Counted from the first letter of the stretch, positions 22,079-30,553 are shown. The stretch is 64,000 nucleotides of DNA from an uncultured Porphyromonadaceae bacterium (GCA_947176295.1 CAMWQB010000001.1:4760-68759); one strand, 5' to 3'. Numbers and translations are program-made. Notes: a model not told the origin generated them from the sequence alone.

Positions 22079-23158
22079 ATGAAAAAACGCTCCCTCTTCA
22101 CCTCCAACAGAAGCTCCCAACGCAGCTACGGGCGTATTGTCAACTCGGCCTACTCATCCTATCAGCAAAACTATGTCGCCGGACGTGTCTTCAAAGGCTC
22201 TACTTTGGAATATTCTTACTTCCCCGGCGGATACTTCGATGCCGAGGGCAACGTCCATTACACCATCAACGACTATCAGGGCTCCGTCGTGATGGTTGTC
22301 GATTCCGTGGGCAAAGTCGAGCAACACAATAGCTACTATCCCTATGGCGAGTTGCACCGAAATTCTTCGGGGCAGCGGAGGATGTATATCGGCAAGGAGC
22401 TCGTCGACGAAACGGCCTCCTACGACTATGGCCCGCGAGACTTCCGCTCGGCCGGCCTCTATTGGGAAGCCCCCGACATCAAAGCCGGCGACTATCCCAA
22501 CACCGCCCCATACGTCATGTGCGCCGCAAATCCCATCCGCAATTCCGACCCGACAGGGATGAAAATATGGAAAATGAACGAAACCGGCCAAATATTAGGA
22601 ACCGAGGAAAATGCTGATATTGACGGTGATTATATTTATATTTTTAATAATGACGGTGAAGTTATTGCAAAGTCAAGTAAGCATGAAACCGGAACAATAC
22701 AATTGGATGAATCGGGAACAGTGATCGATCCTAATACAAATGAACCACTCAAGGATAATGAAGGAAAGAAGGTTACATATACATCTCTGAAAGTAAAGGG
22801 CGACGAATCTGGAGAACAGCTCTTCAAATTTCTTGCATCAGAGTTAACTGCAAAAGGATCATATATAGAATTTTCATTAATACAAGTAGGGTTTGAGGGA
22901 ACGGGCTCTAATTTCATAACAACAAGCCATCAGAAAGCCTCAGAAGCCGGAGGTGGACAATTATATAGGAATAAATTAGTAAAGGGATATGTCATTCGTT
23001 CAGATTCTCACTCTCATCCTGATAATAACACCGCAAGTAAGACAGATAAAGACACAAAGGAGCAATTTATTAAAAATCAAAAAACAAAAAATACCCAAAA
23101 ATGCATTCCCAAATTTAGGGTTCTAAACTCTTTAACCAATGATTTTTCCGAATATTAA
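22079..23158 (+). CDS. N-terminally short Rhs-core protein with a C-terminal JAB/MPN-like toxin domain
   Basis: Rhs core (NDYQGSV..EQHNSYYPYGE, YIGKE, YDYGPR, PY..CAANPI..DPTG); tip has a conserved E (YIEFS) plus HSHP..AS..D JAB metal motif. Confidence 0.8.
   Translation: MKKRSLFTSNRSSQRSYGRIVNSAYSSYQQNYVAGRVFKGSTLEYSYFPGGYFDAEGNVHYTINDYQGSVVMVVDSVGKVEQHNSYYPYGELHRNSSGQRRMYIGKELVDETASYDYGPRDFRSAGLYWEAPDIKAGDYPNTAPYVMCAANPIRNSDPTGMKIWKMNETGQILGTEENADIDGDYIYIFNNDGEVIAKSSKHETGTIQLDESGTVIDPNTNEPLKDNEGKKVTYTSLKVKGDESGEQLFKFLASELTAKGSYIEFSLIQVGFEGTGSNFITTSHQKASEAGGGQLYRNKLVKGYVIRSDSHSHPDNNTASKTDKDTKEQFIKNQKTKNTQKCIPKFRVLNSLTNDFSEY
22368..22575 (+). repeat. Rhs-core repeat, copy 1
   Basis: 22368-22551 is identical to 24306-24489; 22368-22575 differs from 25840-26047 at 9 of 208 nt (manual alignment). 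Confidence 0.95.
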
Positions 23159-23759
23159 ATATATGCCTATGAGGTTAATTTTAATTGTTTTTTGCCTTTT
23201 GGCTGAGTGCTTTACCTCCGTTTTTGCACTCGAGCCCAGTCCTGTCATAGCCGAGAAAGTGGAGGTGCGCGACAAGGCCCTTTTCGAAGCGATAGACAGC
23301 CTGATACAGACAACCGACCACAAAATGACAATCAAACCGGAATATCGGGATAAAGTACGCGACTCGTTCAACACCCTTACACTATCCCGAGATGATAGTA
23401 AATATCAAGAATCGACTGAGAATACAGCCGACGATGAATTCTGGCTCTTTGTCTATGCCGGAGAATCGTCCAATCACGATCATATCGGCGATTATTATTT
23501 CACGACACCACACTACAGGTTCGTATCCTATCATTATGATGCCAAACTATTTAAGAAAAAGCTGGGCACTAAGAAATGTATAGGCTATAATTATTTATGG
23601 TTTGATGACATCGGGCCGTCATGGTATTTTAAGATTAAGGACAGTCGGATTCTGGAGGCATATTATCATTACGACGAACTCGATGATTTTAAAGGTGTTG
23701 TTTACGACATCCTGAATAAAAAAATTGTTTCGGAAGGGTACGGAGAAATCTTTAATTAA
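23139..23759 (+). CDS. Putative immunity protein P1 (signal peptide)
   Basis: Overlaps the toxin 3' end; AT-rich; hydrophobic N-terminus (true start may be 23163 or 23169); shares W-x-F-x-I and YDILNK motifs with P3/P4. Confidence 0.6.
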   Translation: MIFPNIKYMPMRLILIVFCLLAECFTSVFALEPSPVIAEKVEVRDKALFEAIDSLIQTTDHKMTIKPEYRDKVRDSFNTLTLSRDDSKYQESTENTADDEFWLFVYAGESSNHDHIGDYYFTTPHYRFVSYHYDAKLFKKKLGTKKCIGYNYLWFDDIGPSWYFKIKDSRILEAYYHYDELDDFKGVVYDILNKKIVSEGYGEIFN

Positions 23760-23770
23760 AAAATTTAGCT

Positions 23771-24247
23771 ATGAAAAAATTATTATTGATCGCAATTCTG
23801 GCGGCAGGCTCAATCACAGCTGTTCCCTCGAAAAACCTTTCGCACGAGTGGAAACTCGTCAAAGACGAGACATTTTTCAACTATATCGATTCCATGCTCG
23901 ACCTGAACGACAGCACCCCCTTTATCGATATGGATCCGTGTGAAAGGCAGATGGTTCAGAGCGCAAAAAGATATTATAGAATCACTATCGATGACGGACT
24001 CCAAAAAGACTCCATTACAATAAATGACGGAAAACCTCACAGAATTCACATCGCACAATTTCGGTGGCTCATGCCTGATGCCAAATCGACCATAAAGCAC
24101 AAGGATCGCGTTTACTTTTTTACAGTGGATCACGCAGACGTCTTCAGGTCTTTCCATCCGAGCATCTCAAAAACTTCTTCAAAGAGCTGCCCCTGCCTTC
24201 CCGGGCAAGAATGGCAATTTGAATACACCGCTCAGGCCCGACCATGA
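23771..24247 (+). CDS. Putative immunity protein P2 (signal peptide; possibly C-terminally truncated paralog of P1)
   Basis: MKKLLLIAILAAGSITA signal; KDETFFNYIDSMLDLND resembles RDKALFEAIDSLIQTTD of P1; ends just after WQF. Confidence 0.55.
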   Translation: MKKLLLIAILAAGSITAVPSKNLSHEWKLVKDETFFNYIDSMLDLNDSTPFIDMDPCERQMVQSAKRYYRITIDDGLQKDSITINDGKPHRIHIAQFRWLMPDAKSTIKHKDRVYFFTVDHADVFRSFHPSISKTSSKSCPCLPGQEWQFEYTAQARP

Positions 24248-24259
24248 TAGCCCCCGCCC

Positions 24260-25138
24260 ATGAACACCCGCCACCGCACTCCTTCACCCCTACCCAGCTC
24301 CCGAGCGGGGCAGCGGAGGATGTATATCGGCAAGGAGCTCGTCGACGAAACGGCCTCCTACGACTATGGCCCGCGAGACTTCCGCTCGGCCGGCCTCTAT
24401 TGGGAAGCCCCCGACATCAAAGCCGGCGACTATCCCAACACCGCCCCATACGTCATGTGCGCCGCAAATCCCATCCGCAATTCCGACCCTACGGGGATGG
24501 ACATATCTGTTAAAAATTCACAAGGAGAACTTTTGTTCGTTTTTCCCTATAAAGAAGACTATACCATTGACCTTCCGGTAGATATTCCTTCAGATCCAGC
24601 CAAAATTGGAATTGGCATCGAATATGCTATAACGGGTAGCACATCAGGTGGAACAAAAATGGAAGGATCGGGAATTGCAGGCGTAGTTGTTTTTCTTGGC
24701 GGCAAAGATGCAGGATATGTTTATTCTTACGCTGGTGGAGAAATTGGTGGTGGTATAGAAGGTTCTGTAGGAGTAGGCATAAGCGTAAATAAATCGATTT
24801 TCGTAACGTATCAATCTAAAGGAGATAAAACCGATCATAATCAATTTTCGGGAAAATATGTTTCTGTCGGTGGTTCTTTTAAAGCTATCTTTGGGAAGTC
24901 CAGCCTTTCTGTGTCTAAAGGTCTACAAGAAAAGGGAACTGATGCTGTATGGACAACAGTTGCTCTATCGGAGGGCTGCGAAGCATTCCTTGGGCTAAAA
25001 TCTCCAATTTCACCTTCCATAAGCATCTGCCGGGGTAAAACAGCATTCCTCCCTGGTCAAGATGTTGGCAAACCAAAAAATTTCGCACAAAAAACTTATA
25101 GCTGGGGAAAACTTATTCAACTATGTCTTCGTAAATAA
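24260..25138 (+). CDS. Orphan Rhs module 2: short core plus a Gly-rich toxin tip of unknown family
   Basis: GQRRMYIGKE...DPTG core identical to module 1, followed by an unrelated AT-rich C-terminus. Confidence 0.75.
   Translation: MNTRHRTPSPLPSSRAGQRRMYIGKELVDETASYDYGPRDFRSAGLYWEAPDIKAGDYPNTAPYVMCAANPIRNSDPTGMDISVKNSQGELLFVFPYKEDYTIDLPVDIPSDPAKIGIGIEYAITGSTSGGTKMEGSGIAGVVVFLGGKDAGYVYSYAGGEIGGGIEGSVGVGISVNKSIFVTYQSKGDKTDHNQFSGKYVSVGGSFKAIFGKSSLSVSKGLQEKGTDAVWTTVALSEGCEAFLGLKSPISPSISICRGKTAFLPGQDVGKPKNFAQKTYSWGKLIQLCLRK
24306..24489 (+). repeat. Rhs-core repeat, copy 2
   Basis: 184 bp identical to 22368-22551. Confidence 0.95.
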
Positions 25139-25149
25139 CCGAATTTATT

Positions 25150-25716
25150 ATGGGCAAACTCTTCAAACTCTATCCTCATAATTCACCTGAGCTCAAACTC
25201 ACACGTAAACAAATGATTATATATCGCATAATTCGTTTTGTTATGGTGGTGATTTTTATAATTGGATCTTTTTTTATGATGACCCACGACATGCGAGTTA
25301 ACGATGAAAAATATAGTCTCTATAAATCACAATCTCAATGGCGCATGCTGGGGCAGATGAAGTCGTTTTCGGGGCCTCTGTATGGAGCGCGAGGGAACAC
25401 TCCGACGCAGGATCTATATCTAATTGAAATTGATGTCGATACAATCGAGTTTTTTCGCAATGATCTTCCGGAGGACAGCCCTTATTACGGTGTATATAAC
25501 AAAAACACCAAGAAGGCTTACATAACTACAACTCTATATAATTCAGAGACCAACGACACATACAAACAATCCGATCCCAAACCATATCTTTATGCAGACA
25601 CAAGAAAATCTTTTGCCCTTATTGGCTCCAACGGATTAAATAACGGAATATATATAAATATGAAACCTGCGCTTGAAGAAATGGCCAAAGACACCGCCAA
25701 CTTCATAAAATTCTGA
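25150..25716 (+). CDS. Putative membrane-anchored immunity protein for module 2
   Basis: Starts 11 nt after the toxin stop; one TM helix (IIRFVMVVIFIIGSFFMM); AT-rich. Confidence 0.6.
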   Translation: MGKLFKLYPHNSPELKLTRKQMIIYRIIRFVMVVIFIIGSFFMMTHDMRVNDEKYSLYKSQSQWRMLGQMKSFSGPLYGARGNTPTQDLYLIEIDVDTIEFFRNDLPEDSPYYGVYNKNTKKAYITTTLYNSETNDTYKQSDPKPYLYADTRKSFALIGSNGLNNGIYINMKPALEEMAKDTANFIKF

Positions 25717-25734
25717 CCGCAATCCTCTCCCCAT

Positions 25735-25766
25735 TTTGCACCTTTCCCGAAAAATCACTATATTGC
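25735..25766 (+). promoter_or_regulatory. Possible internal promoter before Rhs module 3
   Basis: TTTG, 20 nt spacer, TATATTGC; shares an ATCACTA segment with the module 1 promoter; weak -7 match. Confidence 0.35.
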
Positions 25767-25790
25767 ACTCGGAATGCCCTACCTTATGCC

Positions 25791-26054
25791 ATGAAGACCA
25801 ATCGATGCAACACAACTCACTTCTGCCACCGTAATCCGGCGGGGCAGCGGAGGATGTATATCGGCAAGGAGCTCGTCGACGAGACGGCCTCCTACGACTA
25901 TGGTCCGCGAGACTTCCGCTCAGCCGGCCTCTATTGGGAAGCCCCCGACATGAAAGCCGGTGTCTATCCCAACACCAACCCATACGTCATGTGCGCCGCA
26001 AATCCCATCCGCAATTCCGACCCCACAGGGATGAAAATATGGAAAATAGAATGA
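25791..26054 (+). pseudogene. Orphan Rhs module 3 with the toxin tip deleted (DPTG-MKIWKIE-stop)
   Basis: Core repeat, then the same first five tip codons as module 1, then a stop overlapping the next ATG (ATGA). Confidence 0.75.
25840..26047 (+). repeat. Rhs-core repeat, copy 3
   Basis: 199/208 nt identical to 22368-22575. Confidence 0.93.
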
Positions 26055-26869
26055 AGACATTATTTAAGTTTATCCGCTGCAAGGCTTGCTTATGCGCTTG
26101 CCTGCTCGTTAGCGGCTTGGTTTACGGCTCTCCCCAATATAGAGTGGAACAGTCAATTGTGCATGAGGGGGAGGGATATCCGGATGGAAAGCTTTTTTCC
26201 CCTTTTTCAGTCCCCACGAAAATACAGGACGGTGAAAATGCGGGTGGAAACGACATCGTGAAATATCTCGACAAGGACATTCTCCGAGATCTACTCCTCG
26301 CGAATAAAAATGAATATAAGGGGAGTTATTTTCTAACTTCGTACGTAGCAACCAAGCCAAACAGGATCCTTGCGGAAATGATGGAAACCGTGCAGTCTAC
26401 TGATTTAGGGAAGCTGTTCAGACCTGATTGTTATATAGACAACTATCTACTGCTCACCATCTACCCGTATCCGGTCAAAATCATATCGACATTATTTGAT
26501 CCAGGTCAATACAACATCGACTTGAAATCGCCGGTTGACCTGATTTCAGAGGGCGAATATGAGGTATATCTCACCTACTGGCCGTGGCCGCATTGGAAGC
26601 CGGATTATGCGTTTGTGTATGATAATCTTTTGGTCTATACCGAGCAATGGATCAATGATGTGTTCACAGAAGAAACAGGATGCGTTACGGAACTACACCC
26701 ACATAAGCACGATATCTTTGACCGGCGGGCAGTGCGCTGGAAGTTCACAATCCTTAATGGGGAAATTGTCGGGAAATCAGTAATGTCGGAAGGCTTCGAC
26801 TACCGATACGCTGTCGTTTACGATTACAATACAAAGCAATTAAAACGCATAGACGTAAATTATGAATAA
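26051..26869 (+). CDS. Putative immunity protein P3 (signal peptide)
   Basis: Start moved to MKTLFKF (26051); clear paralog of P4 (YAFVYD..QWI..AVRWKFTI..YD..K..RID). Confidence 0.65.
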   Translation: MKTLFKFIRCKACLCACLLVSGLVYGSPQYRVEQSIVHEGEGYPDGKLFSPFSVPTKIQDGENAGGNDIVKYLDKDILRDLLLANKNEYKGSYFLTSYVATKPNRILAEMMETVQSTDLGKLFRPDCYIDNYLLLTIYPYPVKIISTLFDPGQYNIDLKSPVDLISEGEYEVYLTYWPWPHWKPDYAFVYDNLLVYTEQWINDVFTEETGCVTELHPHKHDIFDRRAVRWKFTILNGEIVGKSVMSEGFDYRYAVVYDYNTKQLKRIDVNYE

Positions 26870-27593
26870 GACACTTTTTCACAATTCCGGATTACGGCTA
26901 TATTTTCTGAAACTGACGGCATTCATATTTATTCTGGCATCCTTGTCGGTTGAGATTTCTGCACAAAAATACAGCAACGACGGATACCGACATTCGTTCT
27001 TCGTGTCGAAATATGAATGGGAATCGACAGTGGAACTCTTCCCCGATGAATTCTGCGGATACACTACGAGGCTCAAGTTTGTACATGCTCCGGAAAATAA
27101 CACTCTTTCGAAAATGCTTGACCTGATCGACAACACCGATATATCCACAGTTTCAGATGATACGGCCCACCCATCATTTTTCTATGAAATATTCGTTTAC
27201 GACAAGCCTGTCGTCATGCTATACCCGGCCATAAGTCCTATTCTCGTGGAACAACCGACGGACACCGTCGGACCTCTTGACAAAGGCTTCAAGGAAGTGT
27301 ATATAGAAGTTCAGCCATCGATGGACATAGATGCGAAATATAAATTCGTATACGACGACAAGCTTATGTTTTCCCGCCAGTGGATCGACGGGCTGTTCGG
27401 CAAAGAGATTACCGCTCAGACCCTCATCAGCCAGCCTAAGCTGCTGCCGCATGCTGTTCTATGGAAATTCACTCTAATCGATGGGACAATCAAGCAGTGC
27501 GAAGTATTAGTCGAAGACATGAGCAGGCCCGCTATCTGCATATATGACGTCCTGAACAAATCCATACGCAAAATCGACATGCCCCGACGCTGA
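26862..27593 (+). CDS. Putative immunity protein P4 (signal peptide)
   Basis: Overlaps the P3 stop; YKFVYD..QWI..AVLWKFTL..YDVLNK..KID. Confidence 0.65.
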   Translation: MNKTLFHNSGLRLYFLKLTAFIFILASLSVEISAQKYSNDGYRHSFFVSKYEWESTVELFPDEFCGYTTRLKFVHAPENNTLSKMLDLIDNTDISTVSDDTAHPSFFYEIFVYDKPVVMLYPAISPILVEQPTDTVGPLDKGFKEVYIEVQPSMDIDAKYKFVYDDKLMFSRQWIDGLFGKEITAQTLISQPKLLPHAVLWKFTLIDGTIKQCEVLVEDMSRPAICIYDVLNKSIRKIDMPRR

Positions 27594-27628
27594 CGACCCA
27601 GCCTTAACAAATATTGGGGAACATGGTC

Positions 27629-28678
27629 TTAGTTCTCACTTTCTTCGGGCGCCGGGCGAGATGTCCGGGGCTTGATAAGCTCGTCCTGAGCTGTGAATTT
27701 CGGGAAATATTTTCTGAACAGCGGAATGGAGACCCAACTCAGGAGCAAGGCAAGGACAAAAATCTCCACCGCACTCATCGAGTAGCCGAAACACCTCCTG
27801 CCGAGCTTGGGCACATACACGATATACATGGCGTGCAGCCCAAGGACTATCACCGAATAGCGCCCGAAATACGACACCACCGGCAGCCACCTCACGGCCT
27901 TGCAAACAAGAAGCAGACCGACAACCATCAGCACGGATATAACGTATATTTCAAGTATGTTGCCGTAATGAAGATTAGTCTTGAACTCGATGAATGGAGT
28001 GCCGTAATAAACACAATAGCCCAGGGCGGCGGCCATCCCCGTGAGGCCCGCGACGAGATAAAGGCCGTCGCGACGGGTATGATACAGCAGCGGCAGCTTC
28101 CTCATCAATATTCCAATAAAAAAGAAAGGCATAGCATTGAACCCGGTGCCGAAAAACAAGGGCAGATACACATGGTTATAGCTCATGACAGCTCCGGCAA
28201 CCCCGAATACCACTACGGCCACGGCCTTTCCAATCAAGCTTTTGAAGTAGTTGTTTATCGTGAAATATAGCACGTTCACCCAAAAGAGGCCGGCAAGGAA
28301 CCAAACCGGATAGTTGACGATATGCGGCTCGACAAAGGGCATCAGGAACACGTTCCACAGACTTTCCGACCCCGTCAGCACCACAGGAATAAAACCCAGG
28401 AACACGAAGAAACACAAGGGCACCACGAGCCTGTTTATCTTCCTCAGCAGAAACCGGGCGAAGCCTCCGTAATCCTTGAAAAACAATCCCGCCAGCACAA
28501 AATACAGCGGCATTCTCAGAGCCCTCAGCGACGGCACTTCGGTCATGACATCGGAATGAAAAAAGACGATCAGCAGTATGCACACGCCCTTTGCCAGATC
28601 AATGAACTCGATTCGGCCGGAGTCGTCGGCGGAATTCCGCGACCTCACGAAATTATCCTTCAAAAACTCAAGTATCAT
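27629..28678 (-). CDS. Acyltransferase family 3 (OafA-like O-acyltransferase)
   Basis: RIEFIDLAKG..ILLIVFFH, RMPLYFVLAG and WFL motifs; about 10 TM segments. Confidence 0.85.
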   Translation of the reverse strand: MILEFLKDNFVRSRNSADDSGRIEFIDLAKGVCILLIVFFHSDVMTEVPSLRALRMPLYFVLAGLFFKDYGGFARFLLRKINRLVVPLCFFVFLGFIPVVLTGSESLWNVFLMPFVEPHIVNYPVWFLAGLFWVNVLYFTINNYFKSLIGKAVAVVVFGVAGAVMSYNHVYLPLFFGTGFNAMPFFFIGILMRKLPLLYHTRRDGLYLVAGLTGMAAALGYCVYYGTPFIEFKTNLHYGNILEIYVISVLMVVGLLLVCKAVRWLPVVSYFGRYSVIVLGLHAMYIVYVPKLGRRCFGYSMSAVEIFVLALLLSWVSIPLFRKYFPKFTAQDELIKPRTSRPAPEESEN

Positions 28679-28696
28679 TCCCTGCTCCTCGGTTCA

Positions 28697-30553
28697 TTAT
28701 CGCCCCGGATATTCCGCGATAGCACTCAGAAAGCGACGGCCGTATTTGCGGGCTTTCAGCTCGCCCACTCCGAAGACATCCAGGAATTCGGCCGGTGTTC
28801 GCGGGCGCCGGCGCGCCATGTCCTGAAGCGACGCATCGGAAAAGACCATGAACGGCGGCCGCCCCTCTTCGCGGGCAAGCTCCATGCGCACCTGCTTCAG
28901 GTAGTCGACAAACCTCTCATCCACAGGCATCTCCGAATCGTGCGCCTCCGTCATAGCCCTGGCAGCTTCGCGTGCCGAAACAGCCTGCGAGGCGGCAACA
29001 TATTCCGAGAGCTCCAGACGCTCTTCTCCGCGCAGGATACGCATGCCCAATGGCGTAACCATAAGTACGTTCCCGCGGTCATAAGCCACCTCGAAGACAC
29101 CAAGCTGAATCATCTGCCCCACATAGTCCAGCCACTCTTCGCGGCTCAGGTCAGCCCCCACACCGAAAGTCTTTATCCTGTCGTATCCGTCCCGCCGGAT
29201 TTCCTGTCGCTGCGACCCCCTGAGGATGTCGACAAGCGTAAAGACGCCTATCCGCCCCTGCGTGCGCATCACGCCCGAAAGCGCCTTTTGCGCAAGGACG
29301 GTTCCGTCGATTCGCGCCGGAGGATTCAGACAGATGTCGCAATTGCCGCAGTCGCGCACAGCCTCCTCGCTGAAATAACTCAGCAGAATACGTCTGCGGC
29401 ACACCCGTGCATGGGCATAGGCATCCATCCGCCGCAGCTTTTCAGCATTTACGGCCACGCGGCCGCTCTCCTCCACAAACTGGCGGAGGGTGATGATGTC
29501 GCCATAGCTGTAGAAAAGCGTAGCCTCCGCCGGAAGGCCGTCGCGTCCCGCCCGACCTATCTCCTGATAGTAGCTCTCGATATTCGGGGGCATGTTGTTA
29601 TGCACCACCCAGCGGATATTGCTCTTGTCCACTCCCATCCCGAATGCCACAGTGGCGCACACCACCTGCACCGTGCCGTGCAGAAAAGCCTTATGGGCCG
29701 CCTCGCGCGCAGCCGGGCTGAGCCCTGCATGATAGCAGCACGAGCGGATGCCCCGGGCCCTCAGCTTCTCGTCCATAGCCTCTGCCGAGCGCCTCGAGAG
29801 GCAGTAGGCAAGCCCTGAATCGTGGGGATACTTTCGCACCATGTCCATGATATATCTCAGGCGTCCGGCCGGCCCCGGGTTCGGGAAGGCGCGGAGCGTA
29901 AGGTTCGGACGGTCGAAAGAGCCAAGGTAGCAATAAGGATTGCGGAGCCGCAGCTGGGCCACGATGTCGTCGCGCGTCAGCCTGTCGGCCGTGGCCGTAA
30001 GAGCCACCACCGGCACCCCCGGACGCCGCTCCTTGATGCCCGAAAGCGAAGTATACACCGGACGGAAATCATGGCCCCATTGCGAGATGCAGTGGGCCTC
30101 GTCGATAGCGAAAAGGGACACGGGCATGTCGGGGCTCCAGCGGTCGATATCGGCCATAAGCCGCTCTGGCGATATATACAGGAGCTTGATTTTTCCGGCA
30201 TACACCCCGTCCATCACCTCGCGGTTGTAGGCCTCGGAGTTGTTGGAGTGCACGGCAGCCGCCGGGATTCCGTTGGCAGTGAGAGCCTCCACCTGATCGT
30301 TCATCAGAGCGATGAGCGGCGACACAACCACCGCACAGCCCCGCTCGGCCAAAAGCGCCGGCATCTGATAGCACATGCTCTTGCCGCCACCGGTGGGCAT
30401 AAGCACGACGGCGTCGCGCCCCGAGGCAACGGCCTCGATCACGCCCCACTGCCCCGGACGGAAAGACCTATATCCATAGAATCGCCTCAGCAGCGCAAGA
30501 GCGCGTTCCTCGAGGCTGCCGGGAGCTCCCGGACCCTTGCTTTGCGGAATCAT
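28697..30553 (-). CDS. recQ: ATP-dependent DNA helicase RecQ
   Basis: PTGGGKS, DEAHCISQWGHDFRP, QEIGRAGRDG, Zn-binding Cys cluster, RQC and HRDC domains; start at 30553. Confidence 0.95.
   Translation of the reverse strand: MIPQSKGPGAPGSLEERALALLRRFYGYRSFRPGQWGVIEAVASGRDAVVLMPTGGGKSMCYQMPALLAERGCAVVVSPLIALMNDQVEALTANGIPAAAVHSNNSEAYNREVMDGVYAGKIKLLYISPERLMADIDRWSPDMPVSLFAIDEAHCISQWGHDFRPVYTSLSGIKERRPGVPVVALTATADRLTRDDIVAQLRLRNPYCYLGSFDRPNLTLRAFPNPGPAGRLRYIMDMVRKYPHDSGLAYCLSRRSAEAMDEKLRARGIRSCCYHAGLSPAAREAAHKAFLHGTVQVVCATVAFGMGVDKSNIRWVVHNNMPPNIESYYQEIGRAGRDGLPAEATLFYSYGDIITLRQFVEESGRVAVNAEKLRRMDAYAHARVCRRRILLSYFSEEAVRDCGNCDICLNPPARIDGTVLAQKALSGVMRTQGRIGVFTLVDILRGSQRQEIRRDGYDRIKTFGVGADLSREEWLDYVGQMIQLGVFEVAYDRGNVLMVTPLGMRILRGEERLELSEYVAASQAVSAREAARAMTEAHDSEMPVDERFVDYLKQVRMELAREEGRPPFMVFSDASLQDMARRRPRTPAEFLDVFGVGELKARKYGRRFLSAIAEYPGR

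Noticed and set aside
22368-26047. Near-identical repeats as the TR/VR pair of a diversity-generating retroelement
   Set aside because: The 9 differences between copies 1 and 3 are not adenine-specific (they include C/T, C/G, G/C and G/A changes), copies 1 and 2 are identical, and no reverse transcriptase is present
22368-26047. CRISPR-like repeat-spacer array
   Set aside because: The repeats are about 200 bp of in-frame coding sequence separated by 1.3-1.8 kb of genes, and no cas genes are present
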